This document shows positions 26,997 to 35,833 of a DNA stretch of 64,000 nt, piece by piece. The first letter of the stretch is position 1, and each line of letters opens with the position of its first letter. The translations under genes and the position numbers were made by a program. Origin of the DNA: Planctomycetota bacterium (GTDB taxonomy: Bacteria; Planctomycetota; UBA8108; SXIK01); the NCBI GenBank assembly GCA_965223265.1, contig OZ244999.1, positions 3,061,092-3,125,091 of the forward strand, written 5' to 3'. Below the pieces are notes generated by a model. That model saw only the letters and a list, made by a program, of their open reading frames with translations, did not search any database and was not told the origin of the DNA.

Positions 26997-28199
26997 TCAG
27001 CCACCCGTTCGTCCAGAGATCTCAAGACAAAGCCGGCGCGTGCGTCGCACACACGTTTCGATATCGAAGCAATCCTCGGCCTTGCGTCGCGCAGCGTGTG
27101 TCAGCCGTTCGCGTTCGGGAGCGTCGGTGAGCATTCGATGCAGGCGTTCAGCAGTACTCTTTGCGTCGTCCACCGGCACCAGCCAGCCGGTTTCTCCATC
27201 GTCGATGATTTCTGCAGTACCACCGGCGTCTGTCGCGACAACGGCTGTCGCCATCGCGGCTGCCTCGAGGAGGACGCGTCCAAGGGGTTCCTGCCGCGCG
27301 GTGTGGACCAACACGTCGATGTCCCGCAAGATCGCCGGGACATCGCTCCGCCAACCAAGGAAGTAGATGCGGTCGGTCAAGTCGCTTCGCCGAACTTGCT
27401 CATGAAGCTGTCGTTCGAACTCTACATTCTCGGCCTTTTCGGAGAAGCGAGCGCCCACGATGATGCCGTGTAGATCCGGGAGGACCTTTTGGCAGCGGAT
27501 GAAGGCGTCAAGAAACACATCCGTTGCTTTGCGCAGCGAAATCTGGCCGATCGTTGCAACGAGCGGTACGTCCCGGCGGAGGTTCAACTCGCTACGAATC
27601 GAACCGCGAACCTGAGAGCGATCCAGCTGGGTCAGGTCGACCCCGTTGTGGATCACTTCGATCTGTCCTGCGTCGACACCTTCGGCGACGAGGTGTGCTT
27701 TCACCGCGTGCGATACCGCAACAACGCGTGTGTTTTTCGACAGACGGGCACGTCGTGCGCCGCTCAGGCGCTCGATTTCTCTGACGTGCGCCAGGGACGG
27801 AACGCCGAGCGACTCGCCGACAAGACCGCTGACGAGACCTGTCGAGAGAGAATTGCCATGCACCAAGTCGGCGGAGACCATCTCCGCCAAGTGTGCGGCA
27901 TTGCGTTCCGCCGGCGACTTTCCATCCTGTGGCTGGCGGCAGCGCTCAAAAGGCACAAGCTGCACGCTTCCCAAGGCTTCGATGGCCGCGGCCATGTGAC
28001 TCTCGGGCGGTGCGGTCGCCTGGAAGCTGAATTCGTTCTGCAGTCGACGCATCACTTCGAGCATGGAGCGTTCGCCGCCGCTGACCGTTGGATGCTCGAA
28101 AAGGGTTGTGACACGCAGCCGTGGTGATCGTAGCGGCGCCTGACGAGTATGCGTCCGAGGTGACTGGCCACCCTCAGTGTCACTATGATCGGTCTTCAC
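26997..28199 (-). CDS. glycosyltransferase family 4 (GT-B, RfaB-like)
   Basis: N-terminal RVTTLFEHPTVSGGERSMLEVM and the C-terminal donor-binding block QEPLGRVLLEAAAMATAVVATDAGGTAEIIDDGETGWLV. The GTG start overlaps the upstream stop (GTGA at 28196-28199). Confidence 0.85.
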   Translation of the reverse strand: MKTDHSDTEGGQSPRTHTRQAPLRSPRLRVTTLFEHPTVSGGERSMLEVMRRLQNEFSFQATAPPESHMAAAIEALGSVQLVPFERCRQPQDGKSPAERNAAHLAEMVSADLVHGNSLSTGLVSGLVGESLGVPSLAHVREIERLSGARRARLSKNTRVVAVSHAVKAHLVAEGVDAGQIEVIHNGVDLTQLDRSQVRGSIRSELNLRRDVPLVATIGQISLRKATDVFLDAFIRCQKVLPDLHGIIVGARFSEKAENVEFERQLHEQVRRSDLTDRIYFLGWRSDVPAILRDIDVLVHTARQEPLGRVLLEAAAMATAVVATDAGGTAEIIDDGETGWLVPVDDAKSTAERLHRMLTDAPERERLTHAARRKAEDCFDIETCVRRTRRLCLEISGRTGG

Positions 28200-29164
28200 G
28201 TCACCACGTTCTGTGGTCGGCCTGCGAAGAACGAAACGACGTTGTCGACGCAGCCGCTGTTGAGAAGATCGATGCCTTCAGGGGTCTGATCAGCAGCGTG
28301 GGGGGTGAGCACCACCTGTTCGCAGCGCAGAAGCGGATGGTCTGCCGGCAGCGGTTCGATGTCGAAGACGTCAAGGGCGGCGCCGCCGAGGTAGCCTGAG
28401 TCGAGGCTTGCAATGAGAGCATCGGTGTCAATGACAGCTCCGCGCGCGGTGTTGACAAGCAAGGCGCCGCGGCGCATTTGGCCGAGTTCGCGCGCGCCAA
28501 TCAGACCGGAGCTGTCGTCTGTCAACTTGACGTGGAGGCTCACAGCGTCGCTTTCTCGGAGCACGACCGAGAGGTCTGCATACTCAAAGCCAAGACGTGA
28601 TGCCTTTTCGGTGGAGGGGTGAAAGGACCATGCTATGACGCGCATGCCAAACCCCTTGGCGAGGGCGATCATTTCGCATCCGATGTTGCCGGTGCCGATG
28701 ACTCCCAGCGTCTTGCCACGCAGAGAAGTCGCCAGACGACGTGTCCAGCGGCCAGCCTTCATCTCGATCGTCTGAAAGGCCGTTTGGCGTGCAGCGGCTA
28801 AAAGGAGCGAGAATGCGTGTTCGGCGACGACCGGTGCTGTGCGTCCCGGAATGTTCGAGACAACAATGCCAAGATCGCGCGCTGCGTCGAGGTCGATCGC
28901 GTCGGTGCCGATGCCACAGACCGTGAACATTCGGAGCTGGGGAAGCTGTTCGAGCACCTGCCGTGGCCACTTGACTTGTCCTCGGGAGTTAATGATGGCA
29001 GTCGCAGTACGACTCCGCTCGAGTTGCTCCTCAACGCTGCCCGGACGAGTGTCGTAGAGTACGACGTCACCGAAGTCACTGAGACGCTCGAGGCGAGGTG
29101 AGCCGGCGATCTGCGGCGGGTCGTCACCCGGGACGACGATGACGGGGCGATCGGTTGATGTCAT
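28196..29164 (-). CDS. D-isomer-specific 2-hydroxyacid dehydrogenase (glycerate/phosphoglycerate dehydrogenase-like)
   Basis: NAD fold GKTLGVIGTGNIGCEM, plus catalytic-region blocks LVNTARGAVID and VLTPHAADQT. Confidence 0.85.
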   Translation of the reverse strand: MTSTDRPVIVVPGDDPPQIAGSPRLERLSDFGDVVLYDTRPGSVEEQLERSRTATAIINSRGQVKWPRQVLEQLPQLRMFTVCGIGTDAIDLDAARDLGIVVSNIPGRTAPVVAEHAFSLLLAAARQTAFQTIEMKAGRWTRRLATSLRGKTLGVIGTGNIGCEMIALAKGFGMRVIAWSFHPSTEKASRLGFEYADLSVVLRESDAVSLHVKLTDDSSGLIGARELGQMRRGALLVNTARGAVIDTDALIASLDSGYLGGAALDVFDIEPLPADHPLLRCEQVVLTPHAADQTPEGIDLLNSGCVDNVVSFFAGRPQNVVT

Positions 29165-29248
29165 GGGTCTCCTACCAATGAAATGGACTCGCGTCGCCGC
29201 AGCCGTCAGTGGAAGGCGCGATGAACAGCTGGAATGGCGCTGCAGGTT

Positions 29249-29632
29249 TTATCGGGTTGCGGTTCCTGAGACGTGGACCTCTCGAACCCAGAAGATCAGG
29301 AAGGATGTCCACCGCGAGTCGGCGCGTGACGTGATGTCGGTGACACGCTGCGCACCCAGCTCCTGAGCCTTCCGCGTCAGCATAGCAACGCCTCGCTCTG
29401 CCGTCGTCGTGTCTTCGAAGAAGGTATACGAACCTGGCTCGGTGTCGCTGCCGCAGATAAAGGGCCACCCGAAGAAATAAACGCCCCAGCAACTCGCATT
29501 CACGTGCGCGATCGTCGTCGAATCGTCGCTCAGCTGCAGCCCATCCGGTCGATCGATGACGGCGACGTTCGAGCAGCCGCTGAGGGCCAGGACGGCCACG
29601 ACTCCGAAAACAAAAAACAGGTGAGTCTTCAT
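29249..29632 (-). CDS. small lipoprotein, unknown function
   Basis: Lipobox signal MKTHLFFVFGVVAVLALSGC. The product is 127 aa and I recognise no family with confidence. Confidence 0.6.
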   Translation of the reverse strand: MKTHLFFVFGVVAVLALSGCSNVAVIDRPDGLQLSDDSTTIAHVNASCWGVYFFGWPFICGSDTEPGSYTFFEDTTTAERGVAMLTRKAQELGAQRVTDITSRADSRWTSFLIFWVREVHVSGTATR

Positions 29633-29808
29633 GAGGTCGTCGATACGTTCCTATCCTGAACGTTGAAGGCCCCGCCTCAGTCTGGGCACGACGTCGGTCG
29701 TGGAAGAGCGGCTCTCGCACGGACGACGGATCTGCGGCCAAGCCCAAAGGTTGTCGCGTTGCGTAGTCTACACTTTTCGCGTCGGCGCCTCCTTGGTATT
29801 TTGGGTGT

Positions 29809-30798
29809 ATGCAAAGTTCATACGAGAAAGCCGCCTACGTCGGGCGACGTGAGTTTTTGAAAGTGGCTGGTGCTACCCTGGCGGCGAGCGCGACGACTGT
29901 CAGTGTCAGCGTCGGCAGAGCTGCGACGAGCGGTGGAGCGGAACGTCAACCGCTCGTCATCGATTGCCACGCCCATCCGTACGGCACCGACGCGGAGCTC
30001 TATCCGACCGTGGAGCGACCCTACCGGCCGCCGCCCGGGACCGGCACACTCGAGCATCTGCGCCGCGAAATGAAGCGAGCGGGTGTAACACACGTGACGC
30101 TGATCCAGACGAGCACTTTCTACAAGTGGGACAATCGTTTCACGGTTGACTCAGCTCGCGGCAGCGACGGCGAGTTGACGGCAGTCTGCACTCTTGACCC
30201 GGATAATCCACGCAGCCCCGAGATCTTGCGTCGGTACGTGCGCGAAGGAGGTGTACGTGGCATGCGGAGCATCCCCGGTCGCAGCGGACGACTCGACGAT
30301 GCCGGCGTCGACAAGCTCTGGTCAGTTGCTGCAGATCTTGGAATCGTGATCAACGTCCTGGTCAACCGTGACCAGCGTCGGAATATCGAAGCTCTGGCGC
30401 GTCGCCATCCGCGTCTTCGTTTTGTGATCGACCACTGCCTCAATCTGAGCGCCGGCCCCGACATGAGCGAGACTTTGCAGGACGTGCTCGCGCTCGCGGA
30501 GTTGCCGAACGCCCACGCTAAGCTGACGTTTATCCCCACGGGGAGTGCAGAGGAATATCCGTGCCGCGACCTCCACGACCCCTGTCGACGCATTATCGAA
30601 GCCTTTGAGCCGAATCGTTGCGTGTGGGGAAGCGATTTTCCGTGCGAGCTGTGGTGCCCCAAGCTCACCTACTCCCAGCACCTCCGCATTTTCACGCACT
30701 ACCTGGGGCTCGACGCGCGGTCCCAGCGAGAGATCCTTGGCGAGACCGCGCACAAGCTTTGGTTCGCCCCGCTGAACGCCCCAGGAGCGACCGGGTAG
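29809..30798 (+). CDS. amidohydrolase-2 family metal-dependent hydrolase (TIM barrel), Tat signal
   Basis: Tat motif GRREFLKVAGATLAASA. Metal-ligand style blocks are VIDCHAHPY, FVIDHC and VWGSDFP. Confidence 0.75.
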   Translation: MQSSYEKAAYVGRREFLKVAGATLAASATTVSVSVGRAATSGGAERQPLVIDCHAHPYGTDAELYPTVERPYRPPPGTGTLEHLRREMKRAGVTHVTLIQTSTFYKWDNRFTVDSARGSDGELTAVCTLDPDNPRSPEILRRYVREGGVRGMRSIPGRSGRLDDAGVDKLWSVAADLGIVINVLVNRDQRRNIEALARRHPRLRFVIDHCLNLSAGPDMSETLQDVLALAELPNAHAKLTFIPTGSAEEYPCRDLHDPCRRIIEAFEPNRCVWGSDFPCELWCPKLTYSQHLRIFTHYLGLDARSQREILGETAHKLWFAPLNAPGATG

Positions 30799-30864
30799 CG
30801 CCCCGTGTGGTCAGGGAGGTCATTCGCGTCTCCTGCTATCTTCCAGAGTCTCTCGGCGGGCGAG

Positions 30865-32367
30865 CTAACGAGCGAAGCGGTTGAAGTCCGTACGGCCCCG
30901 CTTCTTCCAGCGATCGTACCACGGTTGATTGTGCGGCAGTGGTCTTCCATCGCGCGTCCAGCCGTCTCGTCGTCGCTGCGTCGGCATCGCGTCCGCGGTC
31001 TCGACGCGCCAATTGTCGAGAAGCGTTCGCAAACGAGCGTAGGTATCTCGATACGTCTGGCGATGGGCAACGCTGGCAAGTGAACTTGGATCAAGCTGCA
31101 AGTCGTACAGCTCTTCGAATGGGCGCGGTTCTTGGAAAAGAAACAACTGCGCCGGCGTCAAGCGACCTTGCTCCCTTTCGTCCAGCACCGCTGCCCAGGT
31201 GGGCGAATTGATGGAATCGACGCTGTTCCACAGTGGCCGATCGTAGTAGTAGTTGCGAACCAGCAGGTAGCGCTCAGTGCGGACGGCACGGCTGAATTGC
31301 TCAAAATCGTGCCAGTTAGCCTCCGCAAAGACCGCCTGTCGATGGGTGATGTCGGAATTCTTCAGCGCGGGGAGCAAGCTGCGCCCTTGGGGCGTTGTCG
31401 CGTGGACGCCCGCCAGCTCGAGAATCGTCGGCGCCAGATCGATCGCACTCACGAGACCGTGATACTCGCTACCTGCCTCCAAAAGCGGTGGGTAGCGCAG
31501 AATCAGGGGCGTCCGAATGCCTGAGTCATAAAGGGTTGTCTTTGCTCGCGGAAACGGCATGCCATTGTCCGACAGGTAGACGACGCATGTGGTGTCGAGC
31601 ACGCCCTGGCGCTGAAGCTCAGCAGTCACCTCGCCGACGTGTCGGTCGAAGCGTTGGACTTCGCCGTAGTAGGCGGCTAGCTCTCTGCGGATCTCGACTC
31701 GGTCGGGCAGGTAGGGAGGGACGCGAACGTGCTCCGGCATTGGCGGTTCAGGGGTGGCGTCCGCATCGAATGGGCGATGGGGATCAACCGAGGCTACCCA
31801 GAGAAAAAAAGGTCGATCCTGTGGGCGGCTACGAAGCGCTTTGATCGCCCTCGCTGCGGTATCGTGTCCGCCGCATTCCTCGATGAGGTCCCAATTACGG
31901 CGCTCTGGATCGCCAAGATGCCACTTGCCGGCAGCACTGATGTGATAGCCAGCGGCCCGAAGGTACCACGCCACTGTTCGCGCTCGTTCCGGCAGCGGCG
32001 CGTGGAGATCCTCGGCTCCCGTGCTGTGCGGGTAACGTCCGGTCAAGATACTGCAGCGGCTCGGGCTGCATGACGATGTGGTCAGAAAGGCGCGAGTGAA
32101 GCGACAACCGGAGGCGGCGAGACGATCTATATTCGGCGTCGCGATCGATCCATTGCCATAGCAGCCCAGGTCGGTGTAGCCGTGGTCGTCGGCGATGAAG
32201 ACGACGAAGTTTGGGCGCGTCGCCTCGGCCTGCGTGCGCCGGTCGAGGACCGCCAGGCTGACAAGCAGTGCGACGAACGCCAACAGAGCTCTGCTTCGAC
32301 AGTCCGAGAGCGGCCGCGATTTGTGTTCGCGGTGGGTCGCTGGTGCGCTCGCCGCGGCGTGGGTCAT
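30865..32367 (-). CDS. formylglycine-dependent sulfatase
   Basis: PNFVVFIADDHGYTDLGCYGN plus the CxPxR maturation motif SSCSPSRCSILTGRYPH. ATG 32367 overlaps the stop of the upstream DapA-family gene (ATGA). The longer track ORF (to 32601) would run into that gene. Confidence 0.9.
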   Translation of the reverse strand: MTHAAASAPATHREHKSRPLSDCRSRALLAFVALLVSLAVLDRRTQAEATRPNFVVFIADDHGYTDLGCYGNGSIATPNIDRLAASGCRFTRAFLTTSSCSPSRCSILTGRYPHSTGAEDLHAPLPERARTVAWYLRAAGYHISAAGKWHLGDPERRNWDLIEECGGHDTAARAIKALRSRPQDRPFFLWVASVDPHRPFDADATPEPPMPEHVRVPPYLPDRVEIRRELAAYYGEVQRFDRHVGEVTAELQRQGVLDTTCVVYLSDNGMPFPRAKTTLYDSGIRTPLILRYPPLLEAGSEYHGLVSAIDLAPTILELAGVHATTPQGRSLLPALKNSDITHRQAVFAEANWHDFEQFSRAVRTERYLLVRNYYYDRPLWNSVDSINSPTWAAVLDEREQGRLTPAQLFLFQEPRPFEELYDLQLDPSSLASVAHRQTYRDTYARLRTLLDNWRVETADAMPTQRRRDGWTRDGRPLPHNQPWYDRWKKRGRTDFNRFAR

Positions 32368-33263
32368 AACACTTCGGCTTGCGCCAGCGCTTCTCGAATC
32401 GCCGCTGCCTGCTGTTCGGAGGTCTTCGGCATTGGCGCGCGCGGCAAGCCACCTTCTCTTCCTTGAAGGTTTAGACAGTATTTTACATTCGCCGGCAGGT
32501 TGTCGTCGAAGATCGCATTCCATATCCTCAGCAGCGACGCGTGGAGCTCCATGGCGTCGTCGTGACGATGCGCGTGCGCAGCATCCCAGAGCTTGACGCA
32601 CAGGCTCGGAACGGCGGTCAGGATCGCAGCGATGGCTCCATGGGCGCCGATCATGAACGACGGGTAAAGCAGGGCGTCAACGGCACTCATGATGCGTGCT
32701 TTGGTTTGACATTCGAGGAGCAAGTCGGCAAGGAGCTTCATGTCTCCAGCACTCTGTTTGACGCCGATGACACCTTCGACGTTGGTGATAATCTGCGCCA
32801 GGAGCTGTGGTGAAAGATAGGTCCACGGCACGACGTTGTAGATCATTACGTCGATGCCGGCACCGGTGGCGACGGCGTCGAAGTGGCGCATCATGGCGTC
32901 GTCGTCGGGGCGAAATAGATAGTGCACCGGCGTCACCTGAAGTGCCGCGACCCCGAGATCCTTGACTGCGCGGCCTTTCTCGATCGCATCCTGTGTACTG
33001 TCGCTGATGATTCCTGTGATGACTGGCACGCGCCCATTCACCGCATCCGTGACGACCTCGGTGATTTTACGAGTCTCTTCCGTATTCAGGGTGTGGCCCT
33101 CTCCGGTGCTGCCGGTTACCGCCAGGCCATGCACGCCTGCGGATTCGACAAGGAAGCTCGCTTCGGTGCGAAGTGCGTCAAGGTCTATCTCACCGTCCGC
33201 CTTGAAAGGGGTTACCATGGGCGGTACGATGCCAAAAATGTTGTTGTGTTCAGGAGCAGTCAT
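32364..33263 (-). CDS. DapA/N-acetylneuraminate lyase family aldolase (class I, Schiff-base lyase)
   Basis: FGIVPPMVTPF, VTGSTGEGHTLN, MIYNVVPW, and the Schiff-base Lys context GVIGVKQSAGD. ATG 33263 is preferred over the TTG at 33314. Confidence 0.8.
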   Translation of the reverse strand: MTAPEHNNIFGIVPPMVTPFKADGEIDLDALRTEASFLVESAGVHGLAVTGSTGEGHTLNTEETRKITEVVTDAVNGRVPVITGIISDSTQDAIEKGRAVKDLGVAALQVTPVHYLFRPDDDAMMRHFDAVATGAGIDVMIYNVVPWTYLSPQLLAQIITNVEGVIGVKQSAGDMKLLADLLLECQTKARIMSAVDALLYPSFMIGAHGAIAAILTAVPSLCVKLWDAAHAHRHDDAMELHASLLRIWNAIFDDNLPANVKYCLNLQGREGGLPRAPMPKTSEQQAAAIREALAQAEVL

Positions 33264-33341
33264 CGAAGTCCCAAGCAGAAAGTTTGTGAAGGGTGTGGAT
33301 ATCGTGTCGCTCAATCGCGACGCCGTGAATCGCGTGCCGTC

Positions 33342-33407
33342 TCACGGTGTCTTCGATCATTTGTTTTCCATCACGGTGTCTACTCTCACGGTGTCTACTC
33401 TCACCGT
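33342..33407. repeat. direct repeats of TCACGGTGTCT(ACTC): one isolated copy, two tandem 15-mers and a partial copy
   Basis: TCACGGTGTCT at 33342-33352. TCACGGTGTCTACTC at 33371-33385 and again at 33386-33400. A partial TCACCGT follows at 33401. The array lies in the divergent region between the DapA-family gene and the 33674 gene. Confidence 0.85.
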
Positions 33408-33673
33408 TGCCGGGTGCGCCGCTGCAGCCCGCAGAGAACTTCACCGGACCCCCATTTAATCGACGCAGCATGGGAAAGGCCAGTCCGAAAGTCGTGACAG
33501 ATCGAGGCTCGATGCCGACGCGGCCCCACGGCTTGTCCACCCGCGCTGCGCTTAGGCAGGGTGTTAGGCGATGCCGACTGCGCGGCGACTGGGGCTGGCT
33601 CGAGACGAGTCAAGTCGCGGCGCGGGCGCTGGAATTGGCTTCAGGCCGAAAGAGGTCATGCTCGGGAGGTGAC

Positions 33674-34543
33674 ATGTCGATTCGCGGGTTTGGTGCGCGC
33701 TTCGGTTTGAGTTGGAAGCTCGCGCTGGTCAGTGCGGCCGTGGTTTTTCTCTCGGGGCCGCCGCCGTCGTTCTCGCACGCGGAACGCCCCCAGGCCTTCC
33801 TATCTGCCGCGCCTGACAAGACGAAAAAATCGAAGGAAGCTAAGAAAAAGAAACGTTCGAAGTCGGAGAAGAAGAAAGCAAAAGAGGACCGCCGTCTCGT
33901 TCGGGATCGGCTGAAGGAACATCTCGACGCGTCGTCGTTCAAATTCCTCGACGGAGGTCAAGTCGAGGCTGTTTATCGATTCCAGACGGAGAAAACGGGT
34001 GAGGACGCATTCAAGCCCGAGATCAGCTCCGGGGTCCAAGCTCCGCTTCGCTGGTCGGTACCACGTGAATATCCACGCGGGTTACGCATCGCGAAGCGCG
34101 GCTACATGCTCCTCGACTGTGTTTTCGAAGACCAGCTGATGGCGGAGATTCGATTTTCCAATAATCGCAACTACACACCAGCGAGTGTCGTCGCGGTGAG
34201 TTACTTCAATGCTGCCGGCGATGGGATAGGGAGCAACTTCGGTAGCGAGTGTGCGGTGTTCACCAGGAAAGGCCGGATTGCGAAGAAGGCGGGCAAAAAG
34301 CGAGGTCTTAACTATCGCGCGGAAGCCAATTTTCGGCTCGAGGTTGCGGAGGGAACGTTCACGGCCAGCCGGCGCGGGAAGCGAAAGAGCAGCCTCGCTT
34401 ACGACGCCAAAAAGTTTTCGTCGGGGAGAGTGGGTATGCGGTGGGGAGGCGACGCCTCGGGTACCGTGCTCGAGTTTCGTGTCCGTGGCAAGGTCGACAT
34501 CGAAAAGACTGCCAAGATCTTGCGCGCGCAGTCGAAGCGATAA
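33674..34543 (+). CDS. secreted hypothetical protein with a Lys-rich linker
   Basis: ATG 33674 gives the signal-like N-terminus MSIRGFGARFGLSWKLALVSAAVVFLSG. This is followed by KTKKSKEAKKKKRSKSEKKKAKEDRR and a beta-rich C-terminal domain. I recognise no family. Confidence 0.55.
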   Translation: MSIRGFGARFGLSWKLALVSAAVVFLSGPPPSFSHAERPQAFLSAAPDKTKKSKEAKKKKRSKSEKKKAKEDRRLVRDRLKEHLDASSFKFLDGGQVEAVYRFQTEKTGEDAFKPEISSGVQAPLRWSVPREYPRGLRIAKRGYMLLDCVFEDQLMAEIRFSNNRNYTPASVVAVSYFNAAGDGIGSNFGSECAVFTRKGRIAKKAGKKRGLNYRAEANFRLEVAEGTFTASRRGKRKSSLAYDAKKFSSGRVGMRWGGDASGTVLEFRVRGKVDIEKTAKILRAQSKR

Positions 34544-34591
34544 CGTATTCGACCTCGGCGTGCTCGTAATTTTCAGCTGGCTTCGCTGCGT

Positions 34592-35554
34592 CTAAGAGCC
34601 GGTGGGGGATGTGGCGCTTGGGAACTCGACCTTGGTGTTTTGAGTTAGCAGGTCCCTGTCGACAAGTGCTCCCCAGGCAGCGATCAGGCGCCCAAATACT
34701 GGGCCGATCTTGCCGTCGCCAATCGGGAGGGCGTTGATCCGGGTGGCCGGCGCGAGGCAAAAGGGAGTGCTCGCAATCATCGCTTCATCGGCGTTGATCA
34801 CGTCGTACAACTGGAAGTCACGCTCAATCCACTGGAGCCCGAGTTGCGGCGCGAGGTCACGCACGGTGGCGAGGCTGACTCCCGGAAGCGTGTTTCGCGG
34901 CGAGGGGATCCAGAGCTCGTCACCCTTGGCGACGAAGAAGTTGGCGCCACTGCACTCCGTGACGTTGCCATCGAGGTCAAGCAGAAGCGTGACGCACGCT
35001 GGATCGACCAGGCTGCTTTCGCGTTCCGCCAACCACCAGTGCATGCGACTCCGATGTTTGATCTTTGCGTCGACGCAATGAGGCGGAACGTGGCGCGTCG
35101 GAGGGACGACGGCGTGCGCGCCTTCGCTGTACCAATGCGCCCAGTGCTGAAACGGGAGCGGAAACGTGTGAATGCAAAGTGTCGGCTGCTCGGCAATCGG
35201 TGTGTCGAGCCAGCCGCCGTACGTCGGCACCGGGCCAGGAGACATGAAGTGAATCACTCCCAGGTCCTGGTCGGCGTCGAGAAACGAGCAATTCTGCTCG
35301 ACGACTTCAAGAGTTACGCGGCGAAGCTGGTCGCGACGAATCGGCGGTTCGATCCCGGCGTACTTGGCTGACCGCAGGAAGCGTGTCAGATGGTCGTCAA
35401 GACGAAAAGGTCGGTGGTTGATCGTGCGTGTCATGTCCGTGACGGTGGCGCCGAGAACGATCGCGCGGTCAAACACCGGCAGGCGAGCGTTCTCGAGCGG
35501 GACGAATTCGCCGTTGAGGTAGGCGAGGGGTTGGTCGCTTGGGGCAGGTGTCAT
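34592..35554 (-). CDS. aminotransferase class IV (branched-chain/D-amino-acid aminotransferase or ADC-lyase family)
   Basis: ATG 35554 gives MTPAPSDQPLAYLNGEFVPLENARLPVFDRAIVLGATV. A conserved block is NVTECSGANFFVAKGDELWIPSPRNTLPGVS. Confidence 0.8.
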   Translation of the reverse strand: MTPAPSDQPLAYLNGEFVPLENARLPVFDRAIVLGATVTDMTRTINHRPFRLDDHLTRFLRSAKYAGIEPPIRRDQLRRVTLEVVEQNCSFLDADQDLGVIHFMSPGPVPTYGGWLDTPIAEQPTLCIHTFPLPFQHWAHWYSEGAHAVVPPTRHVPPHCVDAKIKHRSRMHWWLAERESSLVDPACVTLLLDLDGNVTECSGANFFVAKGDELWIPSPRNTLPGVSLATVRDLAPQLGLQWIERDFQLYDVINADEAMIASTPFCLAPATRINALPIGDGKIGPVFGRLIAAWGALVDRDLLTQNTKVEFPSATSPTGS

Positions 35555-35617
35555 GGGGGTCGCCCTCGATTTCTTGCTGACTGGACCGCGGCGCCGCGGC
35601 TCACGAGCATGTGGAGT

Positions 35618-35665
35618 GCCGGTGCACTTGTACCGGTGCACCTGTACCGGTGCGTACCGGTGCAA
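35618..35665. promoter_or_regulatory. array of four (GTA)CCGGTGCA motifs built from nested short palindromes
   Basis: CCGGTGCA/G occurs at 35619, 35633, 35647 and 35657, with spacings of 14, 14 and 10 nt. The array embeds the palindromes GGTGCACC, ACCGGT and GTGCAC. It lies 65-110 nt upstream of the class IV aminotransferase ATG, in a divergent intergenic region. Confidence 0.4.
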
Positions 35666-35833
35666 TTGGCGTGCCGACTCGGGGTCTGAGTGTAGTCGAT
35701 CTCGCTAGTGTTTGCTCGAAACTACACCGCAGCGGTCAACAGAATGTTCGCACCGTCCGGTTGCGGAAGGTAGACTAGAACGTTCCGGACGATTGGGTTT
35801 TCGTCGACCACACGCCTCTCTACCACGCACTCC

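Noticed and set aside
26210-27473. The alternative repeat-derived ORFs (GGRVRG)n at 26210..27052(-), (LPPPLT)n at 26712..27473(+) and (SASDSA)n at 26663..27130(+).
   Set aside because: They overlap the 3' parts of the carboxyltransferase or the glycosyltransferase by hundreds of nt, or use rare AGA codons. They are open only because the 18-bp unit lacks stops in those frames.
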